This document shows positions 38,808 to 48,390 of a DNA stretch of 64,000 nucleotides, in pieces. This DNA comes from a bacterium (GTDB lineage Bacteria > Armatimonadota > UBA5829): positions 87,268-151,267 of the forward strand of contig JAJFVF010000019.1 in NCBI GenBank assembly GCA_021371935.1, given 5' to 3'. How positions within the stretch are numbered: position 1 is the first letter of the stretch; every line of letters begins with the position of its first letter. The translations under genes were made by a program, and so were the position numbers. The notes beneath the pieces are model-generated. The model was not told where the DNA came from. It was given only the letters and a program-made list of their open reading frames with translations, and ran no database searches.

Positions 38808-40297
38808 GATTCCTCATATTTCTCACCGGTCCTCAGGCAAATCTCAGCCTTGGCGAGCTGCCTGCCTATATACATCGCGTGATTGATGTCCGATATCGCG
38901 CAGTCGCGGTTGATCTCATGCTGAACCCTCTCAGCTTTTGCTGATCGATACTCATGCAAAAGTATGCCATTATTGTCCATATGACGGACTACAATCAGCC
39001 CATCTTCCAGGCTCACCATAAACTGCCCGTTGTCGTCCATATCCAGCGAGAAGCCCTTGGAGTTTGCCACGCGCACAGCGGCGTCATATTTTGCCGGGTC
39101 CACGCTTATCGAGTGACTGATGACCGTCAGCGGCCCGACCGGAATGCCCGTTTCTTGCGAGACAATCTGCTGAGCCTTCATAAGGCCATAAACATTCTTG
39201 AGCCATGCATCCAGAGCATTGTGTGTGCGGTATGTCGCGGTGAGGGTCAACTGATCGTCGAACACCCTGAAAAAAAGCGAGACCATACATGGCGCATCAT
39301 CCGCATCGATATCGTGATGGCTGTCCCACAGCGCCAGGTAACAGTCTCTGTCCTGAGGGTTGGCTTTCAGCCGCATGGCGAATTTTTTGAGTGCATCAAA
39401 CCCGAAATACTCCCGAATCCTGTTTCCGTATGTATATGAATGCTCATCAGGCAGCGGACCCAGCAGCATGTCGTGTTGATACTGCATAAGTTCCGAGCGT
39501 GAGAAGTTATACTTATCTAGACTCTCCTCGTCATCATCCTGAGGATGCCGGAGAACCACTCGCACATTCTGAAGCTCCTGCCTGTCACCCTTGCGCAGGT
39601 GAACCAGGTGACCGAACCGCACCAGTCTGAATATCAGTTCGCGCCAGGCCTCAAGTGGAGTGTCCTTGACGATATTGTGGTTTTGCGGCAGACTGGGATA
39701 GTTGCTGACCTCCACCTCAGGCAGCTCGACCTCTACCCGGTCACCGACAATCGTCTCGCCCAGGCTGAACGAGTGTATAACCCTACACAAGTTATCGCGT
39801 GATTCATGATCTCGTAAGTCGCCAAGATGGACTATCCGCGGCACCACCTCGAAGTCATCGGGCGATACCAGGTCGTCTATTATCCGGGTCCTGCCTTTGA
39901 TCCGGGTCACAGTCTCACCCAGGCTGATGGATTTTTCCAACCCGTCATGAAAGAATGCCATCAAGTCCTCAGCTGACCCGGATTTGTCCGCGCCGCATAT
40001 AATGAGATATCTTATCTGCGGGTTATAGAGCAGGTTTCTGAGCAGATGGGGGATTCCGTTGCCGAAGAGGTTGCCCATAACGGCGATTTTGGACGTTTCA
40101 GGAGCAGTGTCTATGCCCAAGTTTGTCAAAGTTTGCTCGACAAACTCTATCTTGCTCCAGAGAGTAATAATCCCGATGCGCCCCCTGGGGTTCACAACTT
40201 TCAGCTTGCTGGCGTAGTGCAGGGGGATAAAATCCATCTCGCCGTCTTGCGCATCATTTCGCTGCATTTGTAAAATGACCTCTTGGTCCCCCGACAT
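38804..40297 (-). CDS. Two-domain protein with C-terminal thymidylate-synthase/dCMP-hydroxymethylase fold
   Basis: C-terminal half aligns by eye to ThyA: WRELIFRLVRFGH ~ IHELLWFLQGDTN; CYLALWDSHHD...APCMVSLFFRV ~ RIIVSAWNVGEL...APCHAFFQFYV with catalytic Cys in P-C context; LTLTATYRTHNAL..KNVYG ~ LSCQLYQRSCD..FNIAS. N-terminal ~230 aa are an unknown domain. Start is ambiguous: Met at 40297, 40267 or 40237. Confidence 0.6.
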   Translation of the reverse strand: MSGDQEVILQMQRNDAQDGEMDFIPLHYASKLKVVNPRGRIGIITLWSKIEFVEQTLTNLGIDTAPETSKIAVMGNLFGNGIPHLLRNLLYNPQIRYLIICGADKSGSAEDLMAFFHDGLEKSISLGETVTRIKGRTRIIDDLVSPDDFEVVPRIVHLGDLRDHESRDNLCRVIHSFSLGETIVGDRVEVELPEVEVSNYPSLPQNHNIVKDTPLEAWRELIFRLVRFGHLVHLRKGDRQELQNVRVVLRHPQDDDEESLDKYNFSRSELMQYQHDMLLGPLPDEHSYTYGNRIREYFGFDALKKFAMRLKANPQDRDCYLALWDSHHDIDADDAPCMVSLFFRVFDDQLTLTATYRTHNALDAWLKNVYGLMKAQQIVSQETGIPVGPLTVISHSISVDPAKYDAAVRVANSKGFSLDMDDNGQFMVSLEDGLIVVRHMDNNGILLHEYRSAKAERVQHEINRDCAISDINHAMYIGRQLAKAEICLRTGEKYEES

Positions 40298-40874
40298 TCT
40301 GGAAACCGGTATTGAAGTCCCTGTATAGCGACTTGTAGTTCTTAATACGATGCCACTTCTTAATATATCCCTCAGGCAGGTCCTGCACGATCTCGACGTC
40401 GTCCCAACCATTCACCAACGGAAACGCATAATACGGGTACTTCGCGGGCACGTTCTTTGCATAAACCACCTGTATCGGCGAGCGCTCCATCCGCGCCAGA
40501 TACACACGATGCATGCCGTCGTTGAGTATCTTAACCGTGCTGTCGTCTGCTTCGTGCGATTCTTCTATTACAGGCGGAAGGACATCGATCGGGTCGTCAT
40601 AGTCCTTGAGCCAGATCGTCGCATAACCGTCGAGCTTGAACAGATCGACCCCATGCTCCTTAAGTGCCCATCGCAAATCGCGGACTTTCATAATCTCGCA
40701 TGTAAGCACATACCTCTGCGCAGGCGCGATCTCGTCAGTATGCAGAGTCGGTATTGTAATGTCAGCTTCAACGTATGGCAGGTCATCCGGGTGTGTAAGC
40801 ATGCTGACTCTGCGCATATTTTCCAGCAGTTCGTCGATATTATGTCTTTGGACTTTGACTATCTCCATTCTCAT
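40254..40874 (-). CDS. Hypothetical protein with ParB/sulfiredoxin-like motif
   Basis: VKILNDGMHRVYLAR resembles the DGHHR core of ParB/Srx-fold nucleases. Confidence 0.5.
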   Translation of the reverse strand: MRMEIVKVQRHNIDELLENMRRVSMLTHPDDLPYVEADITIPTLHTDEIAPAQRYVLTCEIMKVRDLRWALKEHGVDLFKLDGYATIWLKDYDDPIDVLPPVIEESHEADDSTVKILNDGMHRVYLARMERSPIQVVYAKNVPAKYPYYAFPLVNGWDDVEIVQDLPEGYIKKWHRIKNYKSLYRDFNTGFQNVGGPRGHFTNAAK

Positions 40875-40897
40875 TTCTCCTCATTTGTTTTCTGATG

Positions 40898-40920
40898 GTC
40901 GGGGGTATTCCTGCCCCCAA
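40898..40920 (+). repeat. GC-rich hairpin repeat GGTCGGGGGTATTCCTGCCCCCAA
   Basis: Intergenic between the HAD and ParB-like genes. A second small hairpin TTGCAGGGCATTCCTGCAA follows. Confidence 0.65.
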
Positions 40921-40982
40921 CCTATGTATTGCAGGGCATTCCTGCAACTTATTGGCTTGGAAATCGAAAGCAGCCTATCAAG

Positions 40983-41660
40983 TTATATACCAATCACCGC
41001 TGATGCCACCTGCGAAATATCTGCAGTTGTAGCAGTCGGCACGAGACAATGCCCGTTCAGAATCTTTATTATATATTCAGCCTCACGATCGGGTCTGGCA
41101 AGCACCCATATTGCTTTCATGCCCATTTCGAGCGCAGGCCGGATATCGTGAGTATATGTATCACCTATCATAACGCACTCACCCGGTTCCACGCCCAGTT
41201 CTTTCACCACAAGCCCAAAATTGTATTTATCGGGTTTGCGCGATCCCGACAAACAGCTCAGCACAATGGCATCGGATGCTGCCACGACCTCCGGCAGCGC
41301 CTTTGTGACGCTTTCAAAGTAAGGGTTCCAGATGTCCGAGAGCAGCCCGATCATCATCCCGCGAGCCTTGAGAGCCAGCACGCTCTCTTTGGCTCCGTCG
41401 AGAGCCTGTGCAGCGCATATTTGCGACTGCCACAACTCGTGGATTTCAGAGACGGCATAATCGCTGAGCCGTCCATATTCGCATGCGAGCGCATCACAGA
41501 CCTGCCCGGCTGATTTCAGGTCGTTTTTCATTATTATATCGCTCACCCTTGTCGGCGAGGAGCCTTCGATCAGTTGTGCGATAATTTTGTTTGGGGCGAT
41601 AGGCGGGCCTGTGACCAGCGTTGCGCCGATATCGAAAATAGCAGCCTTAACCGACGTCAT
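40983..41660 (-). CDS. HAD-superfamily hydrolase (phosphatase)
   Basis: Motif I AIFDIGATL (DxG nucleophile), motif II SD, motif III K...GD. Confidence 0.65.
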   Translation of the reverse strand: MTSVKAAIFDIGATLVTGPPIAPNKIIAQLIEGSSPTRVSDIIMKNDLKSAGQVCDALACEYGRLSDYAVSEIHELWQSQICAAQALDGAKESVLALKARGMMIGLLSDIWNPYFESVTKALPEVVAASDAIVLSCLSGSRKPDKYNFGLVVKELGVEPGECVMIGDTYTHDIRPALEMGMKAIWVLARPDREAEYIIKILNGHCLVPTATTADISQVASAVIGI

Positions 41661-42102
41661 TTGGCCACTCTACAACTTCCACTCCGCACTTTTCGAGCAG
41701 ACGTATACCGTTCGATCCGCCCTTGTTGTCGCGCTTGACCACACAGCGTGCAATGCCTGAGGATATCATCAGTTTTGCGCATGTAATGCACACGTCTGCA
41801 TTCACATATAGAGTTGCGCCCTCAAGGGCAAGGCCGCGTTTAGCGCACTGGCATATGGCGTTTTGCTCAGCGTGCACACACACCTTAAACTCTTCAGTCC
41901 CGGCCTTGTCTTTAAGGCAGATGCCGGTATCGCAGCAGTGTTCATGCCCGCTGGGAACGCCGTTATAGCCGTGCGAGAGTATTCTGTGGTCGAAAGTTAT
42001 CACAGCCCCAACATGCTTTCTAAGGCAGGTCGAACGCCTCGCGATGATATCCACCACTTCCATATAGACTTGATCGAAAGATGGACGGTCAGACACACTC
42101 AT
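41647..42102 (-). CDS. Deoxycytidylate (dCMP) deaminase, ComEB-type
   Basis: Zinc motif VHAEQNAI and PC..CAK pattern (ADVCITCAKLMISSGI), RSTC near the N-terminus. First gene of the minus-strand operon. Confidence 0.7.
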   Translation of the reverse strand: MSVSDRPSFDQVYMEVVDIIARRSTCLRKHVGAVITFDHRILSHGYNGVPSGHEHCCDTGICLKDKAGTEEFKVCVHAEQNAICQCAKRGLALEGATLYVNADVCITCAKLMISSGIARCVVKRDNKGGSNGIRLLEKCGVEVVEWPNDVG

Positions 42103-42371
42103 AACCTCTGCTCATGTAGTTTGAATATTCTATCAGGCAGCGTCGATATGCGCAATGACTTAAGGGGGGTGCGTTGTCCGTATCAAATGTGGGGGCATGT
42201 TGTCGACTGATGATGCATAAAAAACTCGAAACAAGTCGGACACTGACTTGTAACAATATATAAACTTAACCGTAACCAGCGCGGCTTATCCTACTATTGT
42301 AGGTTACAAAAAGCCGCTGATATAGCGGGGTAACCGCTCAAACTGTCTCGTTATAGGAGGAATGGAAGGAA

Positions 42372-43826
42372 ATGAAAAACTTGCGCATAATAATTTGCGG
42401 CATGATTGTCTTGATCCTTGGTGGTCTGAGTGGAAGCGCGTTTGCGGCCAGTCCAACCACAAAGGAATTGGCTGCAAAGATTGCCGACCAGCAGACGATC
42501 ATGGATACCATCTGGGTAATGGTCACGGCATTCCTCGTCTTCTGGATGCAAGCGGGGTTCGCCTATGTTGAGGGTGGACTGACCAGGGCAAAGAACACGA
42601 ACAACATTATGATGAAGAACCTCATGGACTTTTGTGTTGGTTCACTTGCCTATTGGGTGATCGGTTTCGGCCTGATGTTCGGAGCCGGCAATGCTTTTGT
42701 AGGCAAGAGCGGTTTTTTCCTTATTGAGAAGACGGCGGATACGTTTGCGAGTCTTTCCTGGACCACTGTCCCGCTATATGCGAAGTTCATGTTCCAGCTT
42801 GTATTTGCAGCCACGGCGGCGACAATAGTTTCCGGAGCCATGGCCGAGCGCACCAAGTTCAATGCTTATTTGATTTACAGTGCGGTTATCTCAGCATTCA
42901 TATATCCGGTAGTCGGTCACTGGATCTGGGGCGGCGGCTGGCTTGCAAGCCTCGGTTTCTGGGATTTTGCCGGATCGACTGTAGTCCACTCCACAGGTGC
43001 CTGGATGGCTCTTGTGGGAGCATGGTTCCTTGGTCCAAGAATCGGCAAGTTCCGCAAGAACGGCAAGGCCAATGCAATCCCGGGTCATAATTTGCCGATG
43101 GCTGCTCTTGGTGTATTCATATTATGGCTTGGATGGTTCGGGTTCAACCCTGGTTCCACGATGGCCGCCAACGCTTCGATCGCACACATCGCCACCACGA
43201 CGAACCTTGCCGCTGCAATTGGCGCAATCACTGCAATGATAACTGCGTGGATATTGTTCAAAAAGCCTGATGTGTCCATGACTTTGAACGGGGCGCTGGC
43301 CGGGCTTGTAGCCATCACGGCTCCGTGTGCATTCGTCAGCCCTGCAAGTTCGATAGTGATTGGCGGTATAGCGGGCATCCTTGTTGTCCTGGCTGTATTG
43401 TTCTTTGATAAGATCCATCTGGACGACCCAGTGGGCGCAGTATCGGTTCACGGTGTTTGCGGTGCGTTCGGAACGCTGTCTTTGGGCCTATTCGCACAGG
43501 AGCATTTCCAACCCGGCACCACGGGCAACGGCCTCTTCTTTGGCGGCGGTTCAAGCCTGCTGCTGCATCAGGCTATTGGTGTTGTGTCAGTGTTTGGTTT
43601 CGTCGCATTGTGCGGTGTGATCCTGTTTGGATTGCTCAAGTCGACTGTCGGTCTGCGTGTAACTACTGAGGAAGAGCTCGATGGTCTTGATATCGGTGAG
43701 CACGGCATGTCTGCATATCCCGATTTTGAGATGGTTGAGACGGGTGCCGGTGCCGGGTCCGCCGGTGGTCCTTCCAAGCCGGGTTCAGCCGAGCCTATTG
43801 GCAAGCTTGTCGAAGATAAGTGTTGA
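42372..43826 (+). CDS. amt: Ammonium transporter
   Basis: Signal peptide plus 11 TM helices, conserved twin-His region and C-terminal tail. AGGAGG Shine-Dalgarno. Confidence 0.85.
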   Translation: MKNLRIIICGMIVLILGGLSGSAFAASPTTKELAAKIADQQTIMDTIWVMVTAFLVFWMQAGFAYVEGGLTRAKNTNNIMMKNLMDFCVGSLAYWVIGFGLMFGAGNAFVGKSGFFLIEKTADTFASLSWTTVPLYAKFMFQLVFAATAATIVSGAMAERTKFNAYLIYSAVISAFIYPVVGHWIWGGGWLASLGFWDFAGSTVVHSTGAWMALVGAWFLGPRIGKFRKNGKANAIPGHNLPMAALGVFILWLGWFGFNPGSTMAANASIAHIATTTNLAAAIGAITAMITAWILFKKPDVSMTLNGALAGLVAITAPCAFVSPASSIVIGGIAGILVVLAVLFFDKIHLDDPVGAVSVHGVCGAFGTLSLGLFAQEHFQPGTTGNGLFFGGGSSLLLHQAIGVVSVFGFVALCGVILFGLLKSTVGLRVTTEEELDGLDIGEHGMSAYPDFEMVETGAGAGSAGGPSKPGSAEPIGKLVEDKC

Positions 43827-43921
43827 TAAATTGCAAGACTGCATGCATTTTGCATTCGGTCGTTCCGAACTGCAGCACTTCACAATGTAGTTCGAATGAT
43901 ATGTAATCACCTCCATCAGTT

Positions 43922-43958
43922 GGTGTTTCGGGGCTTTGCCTCGAAACACCATTTTTTG
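43922..43958 (+). terminator. Rho-independent terminator after amt
   Basis: GGTGTTTCGGGGCTTTGCCTCGAAACACC hairpin followed by ATTTTTTGTTT. Confidence 0.7.
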
Positions 43959-44034
43959 TTTACGACATTCGCTCCACCACTTCTGTGCGCGGCATCTTGA
44001 CCCCAAAGGTATGCGTTGATATACTCGACTTACG

Positions 44035-44580
44035 ATGAATGAATCAAACACACCGACAACGTGCGCAAGACATCCGAAAACACGGACAAATCTGCGGTGT
44101 TCGGCTTGCGACACCTATATATGCCCGAAGTGTATGGTGCAGACTCCGGTAGGGATGAAATGTCCGAGCTGCGCATCACAAAAGCAGGGCACTCTTTTCA
44201 GACCGACTCCTGCCCAGATCACCGCAGCATCGGTGGTTGGGCTGATGATGGGTATCATCACTGGCTGGGCAGTCGAGTTCTGTGGGTTTTATATGATTTT
44301 CATAGCGTTTGCTTTGGGCGGTTTTGCGGGCGAACTGATATTACGTGCCTGCGGACGAAGACGAGGCAGGCTTATGGAGATCATTACGGGTGTCTCAATA
44401 ATAATTGGAGCGCTTGGCGGCAGGATTCTTATGGCTGCCATACTTATATTCTCTGCAAATGTGCGTCCACCTTTGGGTGCTTTGAATGTAATAATTGACC
44501 TTGTGCTGCCGGTTCCCATCCCACTCATTGCATTGGTCTTTGCTGTGGCCGGCGCAATCAGCAGAATAAGGTATTTATAA
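44035..44580 (+). CDS. Zinc-ribbon (4 Cys pairs) membrane protein, hypothetical
   Basis: CARHP...CSAC...CPKC...CPSC N-terminus followed by 4 TM helices. Confidence 0.5.
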   Translation: MNESNTPTTCARHPKTRTNLRCSACDTYICPKCMVQTPVGMKCPSCASQKQGTLFRPTPAQITAASVVGLMMGIITGWAVEFCGFYMIFIAFALGGFAGELILRACGRRRGRLMEIITGVSIIIGALGGRILMAAILIFSANVRPPLGALNVIIDLVLPVPIPLIALVFAVAGAISRIRYL

Positions 44581-44639
44581 GCGCTTCCTATATTGACCAG
44601 TCAATCGCTAATGTGATAACATATAACGAAGTAAATAAT

Positions 44640-44932
44640 AGACACAGGCGATGATGAGGACAAGTAAGTCGTATTGAGGCCGGCCACAGAGACCCTGCAC
44701 AGGCTGAAAAGCGGGGGCGGCGCATATGACCCAAGCTCACCTCGGAGCCGGCAAAAGAAAACCGATTTAGTAATCTGCACAAGATAATCTATATATAATC
44801 GGTTAGTAGAATTGCCCGGGCTGCGCCCGTTACAGCGTTTGAGGGTCTGTGGAGCAATTATGCGCCGCAGGCTGAACCAGGGTGGTACCACGAAACCTCT
44901 CGTCCTTGGGATGAGGGGCATTTTTTGTAACA
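44640..44932 (+). promoter_or_regulatory. Probable T-box riboswitch leader upstream of ilvD
   Basis: AACCAGGGTGGTACCACG at 44874-44892 matches the T-box consensus AGGGUGGUACCGCG at all but one position. It is followed immediately by a 10-bp hairpin CCTCTCGTCC/GGATGAGGGG and a TTTTTT tract. About 230 nt of structured leader lie upstream and contain AGAGA. Confidence 0.55.
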
Positions 44933-44942
44933 GGTGATGATC

Positions 44943-46622
44943 ATGAGAAGCGACGTGTTGAGAACAGGAATGGAAAGAGCGGCAGGCCGTGCGCTGCTCA
45001 AGGCGATGGGCTATATCGATGAGGAAATATACAGTCCGCTGGTCGGCATTGCCAATTCGTGGAACGAGGTTGTGCCGGGGCATATCCATTTGGATAAGGT
45101 TGCCGACGCAGTGAAGGCCGGCGTGCGGATGGCGGGCGGCACGCCTATGGAGTTCGGCGTGATTGGTGTCTGCGACGGCCTGGCGATGGGTCATGAGGGC
45201 ATGAAATATTCTCTGGTCACACGTGAACTCATTGCCGACTCGATCGAGTGTATGGCCAAGGCGCATGCGTTCGATGCGCTGGTCCTGATTCCCAACTGCG
45301 ATAAGATCATACCGGGTATGCTGATGGCTGCTGCGCGTGTCAATATCCCGACCATAATAGTCAGCGGCGGTCCGATGTTGCCCGGTCGATATAAGGGCAA
45401 AAATATTTCGGTCACTCAGATGTTCGAGGGTGCAGGCTCGGTTCTCGGCGGCAAGATCACCGAGCAGGAACTTGCCGAGATGGAAGAGGTCGCATGTCCC
45501 GGCTGTGGAAGCTGCGCCGGAATGTTCACGGCCAACTCCATGAACTGCCTCACCGAAGCGTTGGGCATGGGTATGCCCGGCAACGGCACAATTCCCGCTG
45601 TGATGGCCGGGCGAATCAGGCTGGCCAAGCAGGCCGGTATCAAAGTGATGGAGCTTCTCGACAAAGACATCAAGCCGCGCGACATCATGACGGGGGCAGC
45701 GTTCAAGAACGCTCTTGCGGTGGATATGGCGCTCGGCTGCTCCACCAACACCACTCTGCACGTGCCCGCAATCGCGCACGAGGCCAAGGTGGATTTTAAT
45801 ATAGATATGTTTAATGACGTCAGCAAGAAGACACCTCATTTGGTGACTCTAAGCCCGTCGGTTGCATATCCGGATCAGCAGATAACCCACCATGTTCAGG
45901 ATCTGGACGAGGCAGGCGGCATCCCGGCTGTCATGAAAGAGCTGAGCAAGAAGGGTCTGATAGAGGAGTCTGCGATTACGGTGACTGCCGCAACCGTCGG
46001 CGAAAACATCAAAGACGCGCAGGTCAAGGATATGAGTGTCATTCATACCATCGATAAGCCCTATCATGAAGAGGGCGGGCTTGCCATATTAAGAGGCAAT
46101 CTTTGTCCTGACGGCGCAGTCGTCAAGCAGTCTGCGGTTGAGCCTGAGGCATGGGTCTTCGAGGGTCGTGCCCGAGTGTTTGAGTGCGAGGACGACGCTG
46201 TGAAAGAGCTGCTTGCCAAGAATGTGAGCAAGGGAGACGTGATAGTCGTGCGCAACGAGGGACCCAAGGGTGGACCAGGTATGCGCGAGATGCTCACCGC
46301 CACAGCGACAGTTGTCGGCCTTGGAATGGGCAAGGATGTGGCTCTTATTACGGATGGCCGGTTCTCCGGCGCATCACGTGGTGCGTGTATCGGCCATGTA
46401 TCGCCCGAGGGAGCGTCCGGCGGCCCGATAGGTCTTCTGAAAGACGGCGATATCATAAAGATTGACATACCCGGCAAACGGATGGATGTTATGCTATCCG
46501 ACGATGAACTCGAAGCGCGGCGCAAAGGCTGGGAAGCACCCGAGCCGCGGGCAAAGGAGGGATATCTCGCGCGTTACGCGCGCACCGTCGCCTCCGCTGC
46601 AAAAGGTGCCATCGTCGAATAG
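44943..46622 (+). CDS. ilvD: Dihydroxy-acid dehydratase
   Basis: [19 protein letters not shown] and SGGP motifs. Start placed at the third Met, which has AGGTGA Shine-Dalgarno spacing. Confidence 0.85.
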   Translation: MRSDVLRTGMERAAGRALLKAMGYIDEEIYSPLVGIANSWNEVVPGHIHLDKVADAVKAGVRMAGGTPMEFGVIGVCDGLAMGHEGMKYSLVTRELIADSIECMAKAHAFDALVLIPNCDKIIPGMLMAAARVNIPTIIVSGGPMLPGRYKGKNISVTQMFEGAGSVLGGKITEQELAEMEEVACPGCGSCAGMFTANSMNCLTEALGMGMPGNGTIPAVMAGRIRLAKQAGIKVMELLDKDIKPRDIMTGAAFKNALAVDMALGCSTNTTLHVPAIAHEAKVDFNIDMFNDVSKKTPHLVTLSPSVAYPDQQITHHVQDLDEAGGIPAVMKELSKKGLIEESAITVTAATVGENIKDAQVKDMSVIHTIDKPYHEEGGLAILRGNLCPDGAVVKQSAVEPEAWVFEGRARVFECEDDAVKELLAKNVSKGDVIVVRNEGPKGGPGMREMLTATATVVGLGMGKDVALITDGRFSGASRGACIGHVSPEGASGGPIGLLKDGDIIKIDIPGKRMDVMLSDDELEARRKGWEAPEPRAKEGYLARYARTVASAAKGAIVE

Positions 46623-46693
46623 AGGTTATCGGGTGACAGGTGGCGGGGGCTACTCTGACACCCGACACCCACGAATGTGGAGGAGTATGTAAA

Positions 46694-48379
46694 TTGAAAA
46701 TGAATGGAGCCAACGCTCTGATCCAGTCACTGGTGGATCAGGGTGTGGATATGTTATTTGGAATACCCGGTGGATATGTGATCCCGATCTATGATGCGCT
46801 CTATGATCGCAAGGATATCCGCAATATGCTGATGCGTCACGAGCAGGGCGCGGCTCATGCAGCCGATGGTTATGCCCGTGCGACGGGCAAGGTGGGCGTA
46901 TGTCTGGCGACGTCCGGTCCCGGCGCGACCAATCTTGTCACGGGTCTGGCGAACGCATATATGGATTCTGTCCCGATGCTTGCAATTACAGGTCAGACCA
47001 AGACGACTTCTTTGGGAAAGGACTCTTTCCAGGAGGCTGATATTACGGGTATTACGCTGCCTGTGACCAAGCACAACTATCTGCTCAAGGATGTCAAGGA
47101 CCTTGCCAGGACAGTTGCCGAGGCTTTGTATGTTGCGCGGACAGGCAGGCCTGGTCCTGTGCTTATAGACATTCCGGGTGATGTATGTCTTGCCGAGGTC
47201 GATTATGAGCCGATCAAGGAGATCAACATCCGCAGCTATAAGCCGGATTTGACCAAGATCGATGATGCGGATATAGACGCAGCGGTCGAGCTGGTCGAGA
47301 AATCCGAGAGGCCGATATTCTATGCAGGCGGTGGAGTTATTTCTTCCGGCGCATCCGAAGAGCTGACAAAGCTCTCGGAGAAGACGAACATCTTGGTCAC
47401 CAGCACTCTGCTGGGCAAAGGCGCGATAGATGAGACGCATCCGCACAGTCTCGGTATGCTGGGCATGCACGGTACGGCATATGCAAACCATGCCGTACAC
47501 GAATGTGATTTGCTGATAGCGGTGGGCGCTCGTTTCGACGACAGGGTCACCGGCAAGCTGGCCGTCTTTGCCAAGAAGGCAAAGGTGATCCATATAGATA
47601 TCGACCCTGCCGAGATCGGCAAGACTGTGCCGGTTGATGTCTCGATTGTCGGCGACTGCAAAGAGATTTTGAAGAGACTGAACGCCAAGGTTTCAAAGCG
47701 CGAGGAGACTGCCTGGAACAAGCAGATTATGAAGTGGCGGAGTGAGTTCGCACTGCATTGTCCGGCGGACGGCGGCGAGGTGCTCCCGCAGTGTGTCATC
47801 GACACACTCTGGCAGATGACCAAAGGTGACGCAATAATCGTGACCGATGTCGGCCAGCACCAGATGTTCACAGCGCTCTATTATAAGGTAACCAAGCCGA
47901 GGCATTTTTTGTCGAGCGGCGGTCTCGGGACAATGGGATACGGTTTTCCCGCGGCGATAGGTGCTGCAGTAGGCTGCCCCGATAAGCCGGTGTTTGCCAT
48001 TTGTGGTGACGGCGGGTTCCAGATGACTCTGCAGGAGCTTGCTCCGGCTGTGGAGCATAAGCTGCCTGTCAAGATCGTGCTGATGAACAACCGTTACCTG
48101 GGCATGGTCCGCCAGTGGCAGGAGCTTTTCTGGAACAGACGCTATTCGGGAGTGGACATCTCATTCCAGCCTGACTTCAAGCTGCTTGCTGAAGCCTATG
48201 GAGCCGAGGGGATTGTGATCGAGAAGATGAGTGATGTCGAGGGAGCGTTTTCAAAGGCTATGGAGATCAATGACAAGCCTGTGATCCTCGATTTCCATAT
48301 TGCCCGCGAAGAAAACGTATTCCCGATGATCCCTGCAGGCCAGAGCATCGAAGAGATGATGGTGAACAGACCGAGATAA
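46694..48379 (+). CDS. ilvB: Acetolactate synthase large subunit
   Basis: ThDP motif GDGGFQM...NN and FAD region. TTG start 9 nt after GGAGGAG. An ATG 6 nt downstream is the alternative start. Confidence 0.8.
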   Translation: MKMNGANALIQSLVDQGVDMLFGIPGGYVIPIYDALYDRKDIRNMLMRHEQGAAHAADGYARATGKVGVCLATSGPGATNLVTGLANAYMDSVPMLAITGQTKTTSLGKDSFQEADITGITLPVTKHNYLLKDVKDLARTVAEALYVARTGRPGPVLIDIPGDVCLAEVDYEPIKEINIRSYKPDLTKIDDADIDAAVELVEKSERPIFYAGGGVISSGASEELTKLSEKTNILVTSTLLGKGAIDETHPHSLGMLGMHGTAYANHAVHECDLLIAVGARFDDRVTGKLAVFAKKAKVIHIDIDPAEIGKTVPVDVSIVGDCKEILKRLNAKVSKREETAWNKQIMKWRSEFALHCPADGGEVLPQCVIDTLWQMTKGDAIIVTDVGQHQMFTALYYKVTKPRHFLSSGGLGTMGYGFPAAIGAAVGCPDKPVFAICGDGGFQMTLQELAPAVEHKLPVKIVLMNNRYLGMVRQWQELFWNRRYSGVDISFQPDFKLLAEAYGAEGIVIEKMSDVEGAFSKAMEINDKPVILDFHIAREENVFPMIPAGQSIEEMMVNRPR

Positions 48380-48390
48380 GGTGAGATTTC

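Noticed and set aside
44601-45839. 412-aa minus-strand ORF antisense to ilvD, and similar long antisense ORFs (23264-24016, 46754-47593, 49437-50078, 6501-7211, 3658-4335)
   Set aside because: They lie entirely within strongly supported sense genes, have no RBS, and have low-complexity Arg/Ala-rich translations typical of GC-rich antisense frames.
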